Assembly (NCBI RefSeq): GCF_036321535.1
Contig: NC_087437.1
Coordinates: forward strand, 119,972,001-120,036,000
Length of the DNA: 64,000 bases
Direction of reading: 5' to 3'
DNA from: Camelus dromedarius
Taxonomy: Eukaryota
In this document: one piece after another, positions 14,401-26,690 of the stretch
How the letters are laid out: every line of letters starts with the position of its first letter
How positions within the stretch are numbered: the first letter of the stretch is position 1
Notes under the pieces: generated by a model
Database searches by the model: none
Told to the model about the DNA's origin: nothing
Seen by the model: the letters and a program-made list of their open reading frames with translations, nothing else
Program-made: the position numbers and the translations under genes

Positions 14401-16760
14401 AACGCTGGACTGTACTTTAGGCCCCACTTGGCCTAATACACACACACAGAACATTCCATCCAACAGCAGCAGAACACACATTCTTCTCAAGTGCACAAGG
14501 AACGGCCTCCAGGATAGATCATGTGATAGGTCATGAAACAAGCCTTACAAATTGAAGAAGACTGAAATCATACTAAGTATCGTTTCCAACCACATTGTAT
14601 GAGACTAGAAATCAACAACAGGAAAAGAGCTGGAAGTTCCACAAATACGTGGAAATTGAACAGCACACACCTGAACAGTCAATGGGCCAAATGAGAAATC
14701 AAAAGGGAAATCAAAAAAATCTCGAAATAAATGAAAATGGAGACGCAATACAGCAAAACTGAAGGTATGCAGCGAAAGAGCGCAAGAGGGGGTGTACAGC
14801 AGTCAACACCTACATTTAGGGAAAAGAAAGACCCCAGATAAACGACCTAACTTTGTATCTCAAGGAACTAGAAAAAGAGCAAAGCTCTAAGTTAGCCTGA
14901 GGAAGAAAATAACAAAGATCAGCGCAGAAATAAATAAAATAGAAACCAGAAAAACAACAGAAAAGATCAATAAAAACAAAGAGCTGGTTTTTCAAAAGAT
15001 GAAATTGACAAACCTTAAGCTAGACTAAGAAAAAAAGAGAGCGAGAGCGAGGAGAGGGCTCACATACATAAAGTCCGAAGTGAAAGAGGAGACATCACAA
15101 CCGATACCACGGACGCATGAAAGATCACAAGGCCCAAAGTAATAGGCAAGAAATGGATAACCTAGAAGAACTGGACAGACCCCTGTAACGTACAACCTAC
15201 CAAGCCTGAGTCATGACGAAGGAGAAGAGCTAGACAGACCAACACCAAGAGGGGGCGGAGCTGCGACAACGCTCTAGCAAGCAAAGCAGGTACGTGCTGG
15301 CACTAAAACAGACACACAGACCAGCAGAGAGAACCCAGAGCCAGACGTACACCCACGCATGTACGGTCAACCCACGTGTAACAGGGGAGCCCGAATGCTC
15401 ATGGAGAAAAGGTGGCCTTTCAATAAACGGTCCTGGGATAACTGGATACTCACACGCAAGAGAATGAAACTGGACCCCTATCTTACACCACCCACAAAAA
15501 CTAACCCAAAACGGATTGCAGACTTAAACATAGGGCCTGAAATCGTAAAACTCCTAGAAGAAAACAGGGAGAAAGCTCCTTGATATTGGTCCAGGCAACG
15601 ATTATATGGATATGACACCAAAAACACAGGCAACAAAATAAAAAGTAAACAAATCAGACACATCAAATTAAAAAGCTTCTCCACAGCAAAAGAAACAACA
15701 AAATGAAAAGGCAACCTACTGAATGGGACAAAATACTTGCAAATCATACATCTGATAATGGGTTAATATCCAAAATGTATAAAGAACTCATACCACTCAG
15801 CAGCAGAAAAATAATCCAGTTAAAAATGGTCAAAAGACCCGAAAAGACATTTTTCCAAGGAAGATATTCAGAAGGCCAACAGGTACATGCAAAGGTGCTC
15901 AACGTCAATAATCTTCATGGAAATGCAAATCAGAACCACAGTAAGATATCACCTCGCGTCAGTTAGAATGGCTAACATTGCGAAGACAAGAGACAACAAA
16001 TGCTGGTGGGCATGTGGAGAAAGGGGCCCCTTGTGCACTGTTAGTAGGAACTTACACTGATGCAGCCACCGTGGGAAACAATGTGGCCATTCCTCAAAAA
16101 ATAAAAGACAGAACTGTCATATGACCCAGCAATCCCGCTTCTGCAAATAAATCCAAAGGGCAAGAAATCCCTCTGTTGAAGAGATATCTGCACCCTATGT
16201 TCACTGCAGCATTATTTACAGTGTCCAAGACATGGAAATAACCTTAGTGTCCATCAACAGATGGATGGATAGAGAAAATGTGTTATATGCAGTACCATGG
16301 GTGGACCGTGAGGACATTACGCAAAGTGAAATGTCAGAGAAAGACAAATACTGTATTATCTAATTTATATGTGGAATCTAAAAAAAAACCAAACCCAAAC
16401 TCACAGATACAGAGAACAGATGATGGCTGCTGGAGGTGGGGATGGGAGTTGAATGGGTGAAGAGGTTCAAGAGGGACAAACTCCCAGTTATAAGATAAAC
16501 AGGTCCTGGAGACATGACGGACAGCCTGTGACTATAGTTAATAACACTGTATTGTTAATAATACAGCACTGTAGGTTTGAAAGTTGCCAAGAGAGTAAAT
16601 CTTGAAAGTTCTCATCACAAGAAAAAAAAAATTTGCATCTATGTGTGGTAATGGGTGTTAACCAGACTTACTGTGGTCATCACCGCACACTATAGACAAA
16701 TATTGAATCATGTTGTACACACTAATATAATGTTATATGTCAACTGTATTTCAAAAAAAT
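11420..16760 (+). mobile_element. Near full-length degenerate L1 (5'UTR, ORF1, ORF2 remnants with internal deletion, 3'UTR)
   Basis: ORF1-like remnants (IPELKNTMN, RICESEDRIFEI), endonuclease start (YLSIITLNVNRLHS), ORF2 C-terminal remnants (KRMKLDPYLTP, MKRQPTEWDKILANH), A tail ~16753. Confidence 0.9.
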
Positions 16761-16784
16761 TAACATTTTATCGATGAAAGAAAA

Positions 16785-17615
16785 GAAATAAAATGTAATG
16801 TGTATATTATTCAGCCATAAAAAAAGGTAAATTCTGCCATTTTACAACATGGATGAACCTAGAGGCGAAGTAAGGCAGACAGAAAAAGATGAACACTGTA
16901 TAACCTCATTCATATGTGGAATCCAAAAACCCCTACTCATAGAAACAGAGCAGACTGGCAGCTGGTGGGAGCGAGGCTGGAGGGTGGGAGTCGGGGGGAA
17001 ATGGTGAAAGTAGTCAAAGGCTACAAACCTCCAGTTCTAAGATGGGCAAGTCCTGGGCGTGTGATGTCCAGCATGGTGACCACCGTTAACAATACTGGGT
17101 TGTATACTGGAAAGATAACAGAGTAAATCTCAAAAGTTCTTACCACAATTTTTTAAGACGTATACCTATGTGAGTAAAGGAAGTGTTCACTAACCTTATG
17201 GTGGTAATGATTTTGCAATATATACACCTGACCCTTGAACAGCTCAGGGGTTAGGGGCGCTGACCCCGTGCTGTTGAAAACGCATGTCCAGCTATCTCTA
17301 CCTGAAAAACAAAGGAATTGATAAAGGACTCTACCCAGGGTAGGAAGCCGACACGGTGTGGACAGAATAGGGCTCAAACCCTAGGTCTTCTGAGTCCACA
17401 TACTAGGATCTCTAATCAAACAAACTTCTCCCCACACTTAGTTGAAGATCTGTAAAGCGAAAATACAGGTACTCGATATATTGAAAAAAGTTCACTATCA
17501 GTGAACCCCTGCAGTTCAAACACTGTTGTTCAAAGGGCCAACTGTTCATATAGCAAATCATCACATGACACACCTTAAACCTGCACCATGTTTTGTCAGT
17601 TACGTCTCTATAAAG
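16785..17615 (+). mobile_element. Second L1 3' end, interrupted by a Tigger element
   Basis: ttcagccataaaaaaagg...acaacatggatgaacctagagg and 3'UTR motifs repeated directly after the first L1 tail. Confidence 0.75.
17225..17544. mobile_element. Tigger2-like (TcMar) non-autonomous DNA transposon
   Basis: Terminal inverted repeats CACCTGACCCTTGAACA ... TGTTCAAAGGGCCAACTG, preceded by TA. Confidence 0.75.
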
Positions 17616-17671
17616 CTTTGACAATTCCTCCATTAAAAAAAATAGTGTCACTCCTAATCTCCCATTAGGTG

Positions 17672-17808
17672 TTTTTTTTTTTAATTTTGGGGAGGGAGGT
17701 AATTAGGTTTACTTCTTTATCTATTTTTGGAGGAGGTACTGGGGATTGAACCCAGGACCCTGTGCATGCTAAGCATGCTCTCTACCACGTGAGCTACACC
17801 CTCCCCCC
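17672..17808 (-). mobile_element. tRNA-Ala-derived SINE (camelid Vic-1-like)
   Basis: Minus strand GGGTGTAGCTCA..TGGTAGAG..GCTTAGCATGC..GGGTTCAATCCCCAGTACCTCC with A/B boxes plus AT-rich tail. Confidence 0.85.
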
Positions 17809-17827
17809 ATTTGGTTTTGACACAGGT

Positions 17828-18420
17828 CATGGGTTGAATTGTGTTTCCCCCAAAGAAGATATGTTGAAGTCCTAACCCCCAGGAGCTCAGAACACGACCT
17901 GATTTGGAGAGAGGGTCTCTACAGAGGTAATCAAGTTACAATGAGGTTTTTAGGGCAGGCTCTAATCCAACATGACAGGTGTTCTTATAAAAAGTAGAAA
18001 TATAGACACACAGACATGCGCAGGAGGAAGACTCCGTGAAGACACACAAGGAGAACACCTTGCGAAGACGGAGGCAGGGTCTGACAGACGCAGGGAAACC
18101 TAGGAATATCGAGGACTGCTGGCCACAAGCTAGGAAGAGGCAAAGAAAGATTCTACCCAGAGTCACAGAGGCTGAGGGGCCCTTCTGACACCTTGTTGTG
18201 GGACTCCAACCTCCAGAACTGTGAGACAATACATTTGGGGGGGGGTGTAATTAGGTTTACTTACTTATTTTTAGAGGAGGTACTGGAGATTGAACCCAGG
18301 ATCCTGGGCAAGCTAAGTATGTGGTCTACCTCTGAGCTATACCCTCCCCCCAAACTTCTGTTGTTCAAAGCCACCCAGTTTGTGGCACTTGGTCATAGTA
18401 GCCCTAGCAGACTAATGCAA
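17828..18420 (+). mobile_element. MLT1 (MaLR) solo LTR containing a SINE
   Basis: atgggttgaattgtgt...gaagtcctaaccccc ... aagccacccagtttgtgg...gcagactaatgca. Confidence 0.8.
18235..18351 (-). mobile_element. tRNA-Ala-derived SINE (Vic-1-like)
   Basis: Same family as 17672-17808, nested in MLT1. Confidence 0.8.
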
Positions 18421-19244
18421 CATACATGTTCATTTTGGGGACAGTGGTGTCCTAACAACTGAGTTCTTACTCAGTGGCAGCACTTAGCTACTTGAGTAGT
18501 GGGTAGTGACATTTGCTCATTAGAGGGTTGGAAGGTCTCCAGTAACAGTCCACTTGGTGAGCTGGGAGAAACACGAAGGCACAGCTTCAAAGCTGCGGGC
18601 AGGTTTTGCCCCGGCTGGCCCATCCGGAGTGACTGAGAGCAGCGTTATCGCCACAAGATTCGTACACACAAGAGCTTGCTGGACAAACCTACTCACCATT
18701 TCAGGGGACACAAAGACAGAATTTCTAGTAGCACTATTGGAATCTACATCTTTTCCATTAAAAAGTGGGCAGCTAAAACCATCATATAACTTTGGAGCAC
18801 CAAATGCAACAAAGTATTTGTGGGTTTTTTAGCTCATCAAAGTATATCATGAAATATTTCTTACAAATCAAAAACACACGTTTGAGAGCAAATGCTCACA
18901 TACCCACAACACATCTGAAGAACTAATGTTAACTGACAGAACTGAAGCCCCAGACCTCGTGCAGACCTCACCCCAGCCCCCCAGCGCCCTCCAGAGGTAG
19001 CCACTATCCTATTCTTTTGAGTGGCTTGTCCTTCTTGCTAATAAGCAGGAAACACTTTATGTATTTGGATACTAATCCTCATGAGTTAAATGATTTTCCA
19101 GCTTGTGACTTCTCATTTCACTTTTTTTCCCACCATTTAAAAAAAAAACTGCAGTAGAGTTGATCTACAATGTTGTATTTGTTTCTGGTCATTTCACTTT
19201 TTGTAGTACCTTTTGCTAAAGAGTAATTTTGATTTATATATTTA

Positions 19245-19380
19245 TTTCTTTTTGGAGAGGGAAGTGATTCGGTTTATGTATTTATTTATTTATTAACTTA
19301 ATAAAGGTACTGGGGAGTGAACCCAGGACCTTGTGCATGCTAAGCATGCACTCTACCACTGAGCTCCACCCTTCTCCTCC
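19245..19380 (-). mobile_element. tRNA-Ala-derived SINE (Vic-1-like)
   Basis: ggtactggggagtgaacccaggaccttgtgcatgctaagcatgcactctaccactgagct. Confidence 0.8.
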
Positions 19381-21633
19381 AAGAAATTTTAATATAGTTA
19401 AATAACCTGGAATTTCCTGGACCCTGGGACATATGCGTATGTTTTAACCCCAAACTTGAGAAAGAAGAGGCCTTGAGACAGCTTTCCCCACCCGACACAG
19501 ACACATTTCCTGTGGCCTTGCTTTGCTAGGTTTCTTTGCCAGCAGGTGGCTTTGCCCAGGTTCTCCCCATCACTGACGGGCAGATCTGCAAGGACTTCCT
19601 CTGGTGCTGTCCAGCCCACTCCCAAGTGCTCCGGGGCCAAAGTCTCATCTCCTCTCCTGACGTCAGTTAGACCAAGGCCCTGGCTTACTGAGATCAGCAA
19701 ACGCTCCCAGGGCAGGGCTGGCTTCTTGTGGTTTCTTGCTTCTCTGTTTCTTGGCCTCTGGGGACACACACTTCCTGTGGTCCAGGACATTCCAAACTAT
19801 GAAAAAAATGATCACACTAGACCAAGATAAGCAGCACTCACAAGAGTCTGGCAGACAGAAAACCCAAATCCACTCAGGAGAAATGCATGTTTAACCCAGG
19901 ACTTGGGAACTCCCACAAAGAAGAGCCCAGAAACACGAGCTTCCAATACAGGAGCCAGGAGCCAGCAGAGACCACCGGGAACAGAAGGGGCATGAGAACA
20001 GAACCCACCATTTGAAATTATGCTTGTAACGTTGTACCTGGCATCGCTACACGTTTTGTAACCCGAGGGTTTTCGTAATATCTAGTGACTGACTACTGCC
20101 AGAGACAGACAGCGTTACGCATGTTTTACAGCACAGTTTTGGGAACATCCAAAGTAACTATAACTTGCCTTATTTCCTTATTTTTTTCTTTACTAAAAGC
20201 CTTTAAATTTACTTTTCCTGTTGCTGAGCAATCTTTTTTTTTTTAACTCTCTTTCATTAAAAAGAAAATTATCTTAGTAACTTAGTAATATGGTCATCCT
20301 AAACTAGTTTTAAAACTACAATGTTATTGAAAGTTTTGTAAAAGTTCTGTAATTTTAAGACACAATTAAATTATATTAATTAACACAGGAAAATGCCATA
20401 ATATGTCTCCTTTGGGGCTTACAAAGAATGCATGTGTTAGATCAGAACGCAGACCTCGCTCATGCGTGAGGAAGGTGCGATCGCTGAGTATTTTAATTTT
20501 CCTCTTTAGCCCAAACACCTTTAAGTTCAGGACCCATCACTGGGTCCAAGTGATGCTCCAATTATCTAGTTATCTTAAAAAGAAGGTTAATTCACCCTTG
20601 AGTGGGGCGGGGGTGAGTTCTAGTAGTTTAGATAGAATATTACATAATTAATTGAGGATTATAGACAAACATAGGATTTTGAGGTTTTGCCTAAAAATGT
20701 TGGGTCAGTACTCGCTAGAGCTCCAGGCAGGTGACAGGTGCCAGCAGAAAGACTCAGGCAAAGAAGTGACAACTGGAGGAACAACCCCTGCTCTCAGCAA
20801 AATCTAGTCTGCAGTTTTCCAGCTGACACTACAATCCCCTCTCCACAAATATTCTTGAAACCACCGGTCCTTCCTCCGGCCTCTCTTGGTTTTTCTGTTT
20901 TCTATTTGCCTCTTGCACTTGGCCCTATTGTTTCTGTTCATTTTTGGCCAAATGCAGCGTAGGCCGGCATCTACCTCCCCACAGAGCAGGTCCAGCTCCC
21001 CCACCCCCAGGCGTAGGCGCCGGTCTTAACACACTGTTGCCATAGTTACCTTCACATCCATAATCCTCTTGCTTCTTTGAAAACCATTAAGATGCCCACC
21101 CCACTCCCCAACCGGGTCACTCCCTCTGCAGGGCTGCCCTCAAGCAGGTGCCCCTCCTCAGGCCACTCTGGCTGGTACCCCCACCTCCTTGACTAGGGGA
21201 GGTGTTTTCACTTGGTTCTTGAGTCTTAAGACCCCAGCTGGACATCTACATTAGTTGACTGTGCCCCGAGGCTGGTGGGAGGGAACGGGGGCTCTGGATT
21301 CCTTGACGGACAGTGATGTGGACGTTCCAATTCTCTATCAGGGCCCCCAAGTGGCAGCTGTAGCTTATCCCCTTCAGTTTTCTTCATCACCTGTAAGGTC
21401 AGCACAGTTCACAAAGACAAGTGAACACTTTTCCCCAGAGACAAGAGTTAATCTGGTTTGAGCAAAGCATGATTCTTCCATAGCATGTTTTCTTCCTGCC
21501 TCCTGTAGGGACAAGGACTCCTTTCTCATTATTACCCTAAGGCTGAGCTGTTGTCTTTGCCTCCCAGGGTGGATGGTGACAGGTCCCATTGCAGCCACTT
21601 GACTCCAGAGTCCCCTTTGACAAGAGTCTGGGG

Positions 21634-22321
21634 GTTACTGAACCAGCTTCTTTTGCCCGACGCACAGAAGCCAAATGTTGAGACGCCAAGGTTTGCGGCA
21701 GGCAGAGAAAAATTTATTCACAAGGCAGTGAAGTGAGAAGGTGGGTGAACAAATCTCAAATCCACCTCTGGAAGGCGAGGGGCTTGAGGCATTTACGAGA
21801 TGAAGAAGCAGGCGGTGTCAGGTGTGGGGACAGGAGGCTGCAGGTCTGGAAAAGGTGAGGCACAGGCATATCTGAGTTACGTGTTACTTCATGGGAAGCA
21901 TGTTAAAAAAAAATGGAGGCTCTTAGCATGACTGCGGGTGAAGTTTTCTGCCCTTTGACCTCAAAAGGTCAATCATCACACACCTGCGGCTTCCACAGGC
22001 CCAGTTTTGGGGTTGGTGATCCCATCTAGTCTTAGCCAGCTTGAACTGGACAGAAGCCCACCCCAAGTCCCTGGAAAACAAATTAAGCCCCTGTTCCTAC
22101 GGTGATCCATACCTCAGAGGTGTTACCTACAGGGGTGGTTAAGGAGTCAAAAACAATTAAGGTGAGCTTGCTCAGTGAAGGCGGGTTAAAAGTAGAGGAG
22201 TTTTGAGCAAGCTGTCCCTTAGCTGCTGTTCTGTAAGACAAGCTCTAGAATTTCTGTTAGTCACCAGTTTCTGTTAATCCCACGGTGAAGCTTTTTTGTT
22301 AACCCTACGGAGCACGGTTCA
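21634..22321 (-). mobile_element. ERV1-class solo LTR (MER31/MER4-group-like)
   Basis: gttactgaacc...aagccaaa...tttattcacaaggcag pattern typical of a reverse-oriented ERV1 LTR, with minus-strand AATAAA at ~21713. Confidence 0.6.
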
Positions 22322-22699
22322 TGCAGCACCTGTTTTGCCCCATTTTCCTGCCACCTGAATGAATCTCGTCTCAGCCCAGGTGGAGGGCCCCTCCCCGGCG
22401 GAGGTGAGATGTGGGCGCGCTCCTCTTGTATGGACTCCCTCCCAGCACCGGTATGGCGGGAGTGGGCGTGAAGACATGCGTGGTACGGGGAGGAGGAGGC
22501 CAGTGACTGACTACCCCCACTCCCTGACTACGCCTAACTTGCGGCGCATCTGTGCACTGCAACCTATAAACATGCAGGTAGAATAAGAAGCTCGCATTTC
22601 TGATCTGCCCAGCACGGGGACTAGTGCACTCACAGGCCAAGAGCGCGTCCACGGTCCCACCAGAGGTGGCCCTGCAGGATGACCACAGGTGACCACTCG

Positions 22700-23033
22700 G
22701 CCGGAGGACAGACAAGACACCCGCAATAACCACCTGAGCGTCCCGGCGCCCAGGCCGCTGAGGCGCCCGGCTCCGCGGGAACCTGTGATTGGTCGCTCCG
22801 CCCGGGGGCGTGGCCTCGAGGCGCAGCGCCGGGAAACGCGAGGCCGCCGGTGTGCGCGCGCAGGAACTCCGCAGTGGTGCGTGCGCAGCGGCCGCTACCC
22901 CGCCCCTCGCCCGTCTCTGCCTGTGATTGGTGCCCCCGCCCCAGGGGGCGGGCCTTCCGGAGGTAGTGCGCGCGCCGCGGCCGCGTCTGTGCGGTGCGAC
23001 CTCCGCCCTCCCGGCCAGCGCTGAGTTGCAGCC
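22700..23033 (+). promoter_or_regulatory. NDUFV3: NDUFV3 CpG-island promoter and 5'UTR
   Basis: CpG-dense; two CCTGTGATTGGT inverted CCAAT boxes (22782, 22920), each followed by GC boxes. Confidence 0.85.
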
Positions 23034-23081
23034 ATGGCGGCCTCCCTTCTGCTGCGGCAAGGACGAGCGGGGGCGCTGAAG
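23034..23081 (+). CDS. NDUFV3: NDUFV3 exon 1 (mitochondrial targeting peptide)
   Basis: gccATGG Kozak; MAASLLLRQGRAGALK; GTAACG donor. Confidence 0.95.
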
Positions 23082-24284
23082 GTAACGGGGGCCGGGCCGG
23101 GGGCCGGGAGTCTGCGGAGTGCCGGGGCGAGGGCCGCGGCCCTGACTGTCCCCTCCGGCCGTCCGGGGCGCCGCTGACCCCGCTTCCGGCCCGAGGGGAG
23201 GGCGCGGGGCCGGGCCGGGGCCGGGGGCGGCGAGGGTCCCGGCGACAGCGACCCCGACCTCGGCGCCCCCTGGCCCCGCTGGGCCCGCATCACCAGGGAG
23301 CCTCCGCTGTGCGGTCCAGGCCGCGGATAGGTGCGGGGGCCGCAGCTGTCCCTTGCCAAGCCCTGTTAGAACCGAAAGAACAGAGTTTTTTTTTACTTCT
23401 TATTTAACCCAAGAGGAAATGAGGGAATTCTCGGGTCCCTGGTGACCCAGTAACTCACCTGGCAGCAGCCAAGAAGCCAGAAGGGCTTTCTTTCTCCATA
23501 TAGAAAAATCTAAGTTCTCTTTACTATATTTAAAATTAAAAGTGGCCTTTATTACAAGAGCAGCAACTACTCTATTCGTTGCAAAATGAAGTACAGATGG
23601 TGGGGGATTTATTGTCAGAGTCCACTATTAACTGCTTCATATCTAGTCCCGAATGAGTTTCTTTAGCTTTCCTATGTACGTGTACACACATGCTTACGTT
23701 ATAGCTATAAAAAAAACAAATGTTTCACCTTCATATGAGTGCTGTGGGCACTTTTGTTCGCAGTCCAGCATCTGGAACAGTGTGGGGCACGTAGTAGGCC
23801 TTAGTAAATACATCCTGAGTGAATTAGCGCTTTATACAGTGTTTTACCCGTCCGGTATATTGTAGACAGTTTTGAAGCAACTGTTCGTCTACATCATTTT
23901 TAATGGCTAGGTAATGCGTCTTCCACTTTATATCCAAAGTACAGGAAAACATTTTACAAAAGGAATCAGTATTTTGTAGGTCGGTAGGTAACTGGAGACT
24001 ACAAAAAGGGTCCTCAGAAGAAAGTCTGATTGGGGCAATGCCTAAATGTTCGTAGTGACTGTCCTTGAAGTCAGGTGTTTTTTTCTTGCAGCTTTTTTTG
24101 TATTTTCAAAAATTTTCCATAGTACATGTATAGTATGTAACTTGTAATAACCATCAGAAATTTGTCATACGAATGCAAAGCATTTGCAAAAGATATGTTG
24201 CGATAACACTTGGTATTCACGTTGTAATGGCTGCTACAAAGCATGTGACTCTTAAACATCCGTACCTGTTCCATCTTTTGTCAG

Positions 24285-24402
24285 ACCGTGCTAGAAGCCC
24301 GAGTGTTTCGAGGACTTGCTGCTACAGTTTCTCTCTCTGCAGAATCAGGAAAGAATGAAAAGGGACTGCCACCAAATCCCAAGAAGCAAAGTCCACCAAA
24401 AA
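24285..24402 (+). CDS. NDUFV3: NDUFV3 exon 2
   Basis: TVLEARVFRGLAATVSLSAESGKNEKGLPPNPKKQSPPK; ttttgtcag acceptor, GTAAGG donor; ends in phase 1. Confidence 0.95.
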
Positions 24403-26499
24403 GTAAGGTTTGAATTGTAGTCATAAATGAGAGAGAGTGCAGAGGAAATAAATCAGCTTCCCAAGTGTGAAAAGGGTTTTACTGACTGCATAATTGGACT
24501 CTTCATTCCCTGCCGTTTCCAGGTTATAATCAGACTGAAGATCTGTAACCAGTTTTAGACCTAACAGAGCAGCAACATAACAGTCTTTGGCTCATCATTT
24601 AGCCCTGAACTATTTCTGTCTGAATTTTCTAAACCTGCAGCGGCGGGAGACAGAGTCCACAGGCTCAGTGGGGCTTGATGGCTGTGATATGGGTCCCATG
24701 CTCCTGGGGGCAGCTGTGAACCCACCTTGCTTGTCTTGCCTGATGGTGACTTTCTTCAGTGTCTCTGAGGCACATCTGTGGCTTCGCAGGCTTTGCTCAG
24801 CCGCAGTGCAGGATTGCAGGTGGCCCTTTAAGGCCGTGGAGAGGGAGTTACGGGTAGGCACCATTTTCCCTTGTGAATCACTTGGATGAAACATGATGCC
24901 CAGTCTGTTTCCAGCTCTTTCTACAGTCGTTTTGACTTTTTTTTATCAAAAATTTAGACTTAATCCCCCCGCTCCCTGCCCTGAATCCAGGTAGCATATC
25001 CTCTTGGAAGGAAAATAGGAAATGCAGTGTGTATTTTAGATACTTCTGGGATAATATTTTCTACTCTCTGCTCATTATTAACAATTGATTATAATCCAGG
25101 TCTATTGCATTTAGTCTTAATTGGTGAAACCTTCGTTAACTCTTAAAGTACATACGTGGTAGGTAACTTCCCCTTGCTGACCCTTTGGGGCTTAGAATGA
25201 TAATTTGAGTTTGTCTTATTTTCATCAAAATATAATTTCCTTAGTTTGAATGTTTGAGAGTGTGTAGATACTTTTGTCCCTCCTTTGTCTGCACACACAA
25301 ACTTGGTTAGGTTATAAAATACCGGCCCGCAGCTGCCTTTCACATGCCATCGATCTGGGCTGAGGATCCCCCCGACCCCCGCCGCAATGTCTGCTGCCCG
25401 AGCCCCAGCAGCCCAAATCCAGCAGGAACGTTGTTGTGTTCTGTCCTGTACCTGCCTCGTTGTAAACTTGCTGTTCTTCTTTCATCTTAACCTGTATGTT
25501 TTCAAATAGGTATCTTAGGCTTAAAGACTCTTCTTTTCTCGAAAGATCCCCCTTTTTAGAAATGTGCTTCTGTATGTAGTAGAAATGGAGGACTTCACCC
25601 CGTGAGGATTTGGGGTGTGGGTATGAGAAGAGGACGCTGAGCTAGGAGTTGGCCTTGGGCTCCTGTGGCTTTTGCCTCTGGATGTGGCAGGCCTTGCAGG
25701 CCTCCGAGTTTGTTCGGGCCTGGTGGGAGCAGCGTGCCAGTCTTAATGATGTTGACGTGTGCCGTGTGTGTCTGCCGTGTAAATCAGGGTGCTGTCAGGT
25801 GGGAAGACGGTTTTCAGAGCTACACTGTCTTTAATGCACATTACATTTGTATCTTATAATTTAAAAAATAATTATAATCCCTGCGTGAAGAAGAAGAAAG
25901 AATGCATCTAAGTCAGCATGGGCGACCTCGGTGTTTCCCCGTGAGTGTAAGGTACACACGTGGCCTCAGTGTTTCCCCAGAAGTGTCAGAGATTTGTGAG
26001 TGTAGGGTACAGACATGCTTTTCACCCACCAGTGGCACATGGCCAGATGAACCCCATCAGCTGCAGGTGGCCTTGGAGGCTCTAGGGAAGATTCCTGCCT
26101 GCAGACAGGGCCCTAAGCACACACTCTTGGAGTCACATGTGGCCAGAGGGCCTGCACCTGGGCTTACGGAGCACATTCCCCCTCGTTCCATCCAGGGCTC
26201 CGCCTTCCTTCCTGAGGAGAGCAGCCAGCACTGTGGGCACAGCCATCAGAACCTGGGGGCCCCTTGTGGGCGCCCCTTCCCATAGAACTGCCTGGCTAGC
26301 CAGCTTTGGTGTTCAGGTGGATTCAGTCACTAGGCTGACTTTTGTGGCAGTCAGTAATAAGTCATTGACTGAGTAACTCCTGTGTCGCTTTTTAAAGAAT
26401 CTGCCAAGAAGCCGAAGTTAATTATCTATTTCACGTCCTTATTTCAGTCTGGAAAGTGAGGACTCCTTGGAAATAGGAGTTTGATGTATTTATTTGTAA

Positions 26500-26690
26500 C
26501 CAGCAGTGCTGGGCACTGTTTAAGCTCTCCATGCTGATGACCCCATCTGGTCTCCACAGCCCTGTGAGCAGGCGCTCTCAGTATCCCCGTGTCACAGAGG
26601 AGACAGTCAGGGGCAGGACACTCCTGCACTGCCCAAGGTCACACAGATGTCAGTAGTGGAGCCTGGATTCGGGCCCAGGCAGGAAGGCCC
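26500..26690 (-). mobile_element. MIR SINE
   Basis: Core motif tgcccaaggtcacacag...tggagcctggattc. Confidence 0.6.

Noticed and set aside
17735..17806. Genuine tRNA-Ala genes
   Set aside because: Mutated stems, shared non-tRNA tails and TSDs show these are SINEs
22371..23407. ORFs of 111-229 aa over the NDUFV3 promoter
   Set aside because: CpG-island artefacts
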